A stretch of DNA of 62,011 nt from contig JABDKH010000096.1 in assembly GCA_013002345.1 (NCBI GenBank), positions 1 through 62,011 of the forward strand, given 5' to 3'. This DNA comes from Rhodothermales bacterium. Lineage in GTDB: Bacteria > Bacteroidota > Rhodothermia > Rhodothermales > JABDKH01. Position numbers and translations under genes: made by a program. Position 1 is the stretch's first letter, and the number at the start of each line of letters is the position of its first letter. The notes under the pieces are model-generated. The model was not told the DNA's origin, made no database searches, and saw only the letters and a program-made list of their open reading frames with translations. Shown here one piece after another: positions 59,904 through 62,011 of the stretch.

Positions 59904-60009
59904 ACCGTGTTCATCACACGCCTGAATCAACCCTTGCCGGTTGACGCCTGTGTCCGCCTCACATACCTTGTCCGCTCACGTCAAACATCAAAGAGCGCGA
60001 GGCTTCGTC

Positions 60010-61974
60010 ATGCGAACAGCCATTCCTCTTTTCGCACTCACTCTGATTCTTTCAGCTTCGACTTCCCTGGCCCAGACGACGGACTTCGTGTGGGACGCGC
60101 TCATTCCAGCCGACCCGACGCAGCCGTTTTCGGAGACCATGGTCGGAGGCCAGTTCGGAGGATCCTTCGCGGCCAACGGACCATTTGATCTCGACGGTGA
60201 TGGCAAGATCGAGGTGCTGGTCTGCGATTTCTCGGGAGGCCAGCGAGTTCACGTGTTCGAGGTCGCCGGAGCGGACACCTGGGAGCTGGTATACTCAACA
60301 CCGTATTACGAGGACACCCTTGATCCTGCCAATGACTTCATTGTGTCGTGCAGGGATGTCACGGGGGGTGACCTCGATGGAGATGGCAACGGTGAGATCA
60401 TCTTCATCAGCGGAGATGAGTTTGTGGGAGCGAATCCTGCCGGAACCACATCGGGAATCTTCATCTACGAGTTCACCGGTACGGACAATGACTTCGGTAC
60501 CGCAGAGGCAACGGCATTCAGCGTTGAGCAGCTGGGAGAGCCGATTCCAAGCTATATGAAGTCGGACAACTTCTCCACCATTGACATTGACGGTGATGGC
60601 AAGGAAGAGCTGCTGTTCCCCAACGATACCGGGAATGACGAGTGGTTGATTCTCTCCGTTAACGGGGATATCGGTTCCGGCTTCGAAACACTTGTGGTTG
60701 AGCTGCGACTCAGCTCGGGCGTTGGCGGAGGCGAGGACTACGACCCGGTTGATCGTGGCGGCGGGAGTACGTACGCCGTCAATGCCGCCGACCTGGACGG
60801 TGACGGCACGTACGAAATCTCATTCCACTCGTGGAATGATTTCAACTTCCACAACGGAGACGTTCTCGGTCCGGACGAATACAAGGTGCCTGGAACAGGT
60901 GATCCGAACCTTTTCTTCAAGGCCACGGCAAGTCTGGGCGTTGATGATCTTTCGTGGTTCAATGGAGTCGTCGTAGACATCAACGACGACGGAGATGACG
61001 AGATCTTTTATCCTCGCGAGTACGGTTTTGACGGCGGACAGTACGAGTACGTCTCCGTCATGAACTACGAGCAGGGAGAGGATCCACTGCAGATAACAGC
61101 GGATCAGTTCAGGGTGGATCTCGTGGGCCCCCTCAGTGCATACGGCATCGATGCCGGAGACATCGACGGCAACGGCACGCTCGAACTCATAGGCGCAGGA
61201 CGCGGCTATGACGGACAGGACTACGATGCCGGAAGAACGCCAAAGTATCTTCGTGTCGCCGAGTGGGTCGGCGGTCAGGGCGGCGATCCTGAGGACCCTT
61301 CAAACTACAGGCTCAGCGAGGTCGAGTTTGACATAACTCCCTTCGACACGCTCTTCAACGTCGTGGTTCGCGACTCCGCCGGTGCGATTACGGTGTACCA
61401 CGAGAACGCCGGCGACTTCGGCGCCTTCCCGACGAACCGCCCGGAAGAGATCTCGCCGACGAGCGTTTCCTTCCTTGGGGATGCAGACGGGGACGGCCTG
61501 ATCGAGGTGGCCGTCGGGTTCTACGGCATCAACGATTCACTTGCAACGATTGATGAGGTGTGGGATGCCGGCGCCGGATTCTATCGCCGTAGTGTTCGCA
61601 GCAGGGTGGCCGCCCCACACCGGCCCGTGTTCAGAATCTTCGAACTCACCGAGTCCTTCGGTGTGAATTCGGAAGCGCAGATCGTCTTGCCAACCGACTA
61701 TCATCTCTCGTCGAATTACCCGAATCCGTTCAATCCGTCGACGCAATTCAACTTCACGCTGCCGATCGACAAGACGGTTAGTGTACGGGTCTTCGACGTT
61801 GCCGGGCGCCTGGTCAGAACGCTTGTCGACGGACAGCGACTTCCGGCGGGGGCGCATACCGCCACATGGGACGGTCTGGGCGACAGGGGTATCCCTGTTG
61901 CCTCCGGTTCGTACGTGTACACGCTGGAGTATGGTAATTTTCGACTGGCTCGGAAGATGACTCTGCTGAAGTAA
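60010..61974 (+). CDS. secreted FG-GAP/VCBS-repeat (beta-propeller-like) protein with T9SS C-terminal sorting domain
   Basis: Signal peptide MRTAIPLFALTLILSASTSLAQ. Seven DxDxDG-type loops (DLDGDGKIE, DLDGDGNGE, DIDGDGKEE, DLDGDGTYE, DINDDGDDE, DIDGNGTLE, DADGDGLIE). CTD from 61717. Confidence 0.8.
   Translation: MRTAIPLFALTLILSASTSLAQTTDFVWDALIPADPTQPFSETMVGGQFGGSFAANGPFDLDGDGKIEVLVCDFSGGQRVHVFEVAGADTWELVYSTPYYEDTLDPANDFIVSCRDVTGGDLDGDGNGEIIFISGDEFVGANPAGTTSGIFIYEFTGTDNDFGTAEATAFSVEQLGEPIPSYMKSDNFSTIDIDGDGKEELLFPNDTGNDEWLILSVNGDIGSGFETLVVELRLSSGVGGGEDYDPVDRGGGSTYAVNAADLDGDGTYEISFHSWNDFNFHNGDVLGPDEYKVPGTGDPNLFFKATASLGVDDLSWFNGVVVDINDDGDDEIFYPREYGFDGGQYEYVSVMNYEQGEDPLQITADQFRVDLVGPLSAYGIDAGDIDGNGTLELIGAGRGYDGQDYDAGRTPKYLRVAEWVGGQGGDPEDPSNYRLSEVEFDITPFDTLFNVVVRDSAGAITVYHENAGDFGAFPTNRPEEISPTSVSFLGDADGDGLIEVAVGFYGINDSLATIDEVWDAGAGFYRRSVRSRVAAPHRPVFRIFELTESFGVNSEAQIVLPTDYHLSSNYPNPFNPSTQFNFTLPIDKTVSVRVFDVAGRLVRTLVDGQRLPAGAHTATWDGLGDRGIPVASGSYVYTLEYGNFRLARKMTLLK
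61717..61971 (+). other. T9SS C-terminal sorting domain of the FG-GAP protein
   Basis: YPNPFNPSTQFNFTLPIDKTVSVRVFDVAGRLVRTLVDGQRLPAGAHTATWDG..GSYVYTLEYGNFRLARKMTLLK at the extreme C-terminus. Confidence 0.85.
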
Positions 61975-62011
61975 CCCGGGTGCCACGATAACAGAAGAAT
62001 ATGGTCAGCGC

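Noticed and set aside
1-62011. CRISPR arrays, rRNA genes, transposases/IS elements, prophage genes and known defence-system genes.
   Set aside because: No regularly spaced direct repeats are visible in any intergenic gap, and no ORF shows integrase, transposase, Cas, restriction or phage-structural signatures. The only tandem repeat is the in-frame 48-nt coding repeat at 14383..14865.

Overview
GC-rich bacterial chromosomal segment with about 50 protein genes and one tRNA. I could not recognise any rRNA, CRISPR array, transposase, integrase or phage gene. Three secreted proteins carry YPNPF-type T9SS sorting modules, which suggests an FCB-group organism (Rhodothermales/Balneolales-like); this is inference. 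The content is mostly housekeeping and carbohydrate use:
- a huge beta-helix surface protein
- two tandem porins
- a GH3 / GPH-symporter / GH10 xylan operon
- tag, an ABC-2 exporter, a MATE pump
- a fragmented thiamine locus (thiO-thiS / thiG / thiE-thiD)
- fbaB, mazG, ssb, purF, holB with a PSP1-domain gene
- a soluble acyl-ACP desaturase, an RRM protein, and CotH and FG-GAP T9SS cargo proteins

I see no clear-cut novel system. The candidates most worth a second look are:
1. An orphan EutN/CcmL-type microcompartment vertex protein starting 5 nt after the stop of a two-module AAA+ ATPase, with no shell genes anywhere in the window.
2. A complete T9SS C-terminal sorting module sitting near the N-terminus of the 1.5k-aa surface protein.
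3. A GlmU-like hexapeptide transferase followed by a dedicated atypical ACP and an HMGL-like condensing enzyme.
4. A frameshifted small-protein/DUF2283 cassette inserted inside the thi locus.
5. An AT-rich island holding a promoter-to-terminator mini-gene for a 30-aa hydrophobic peptide.

All functional calls come from motif recognition by eye; no searches were run.
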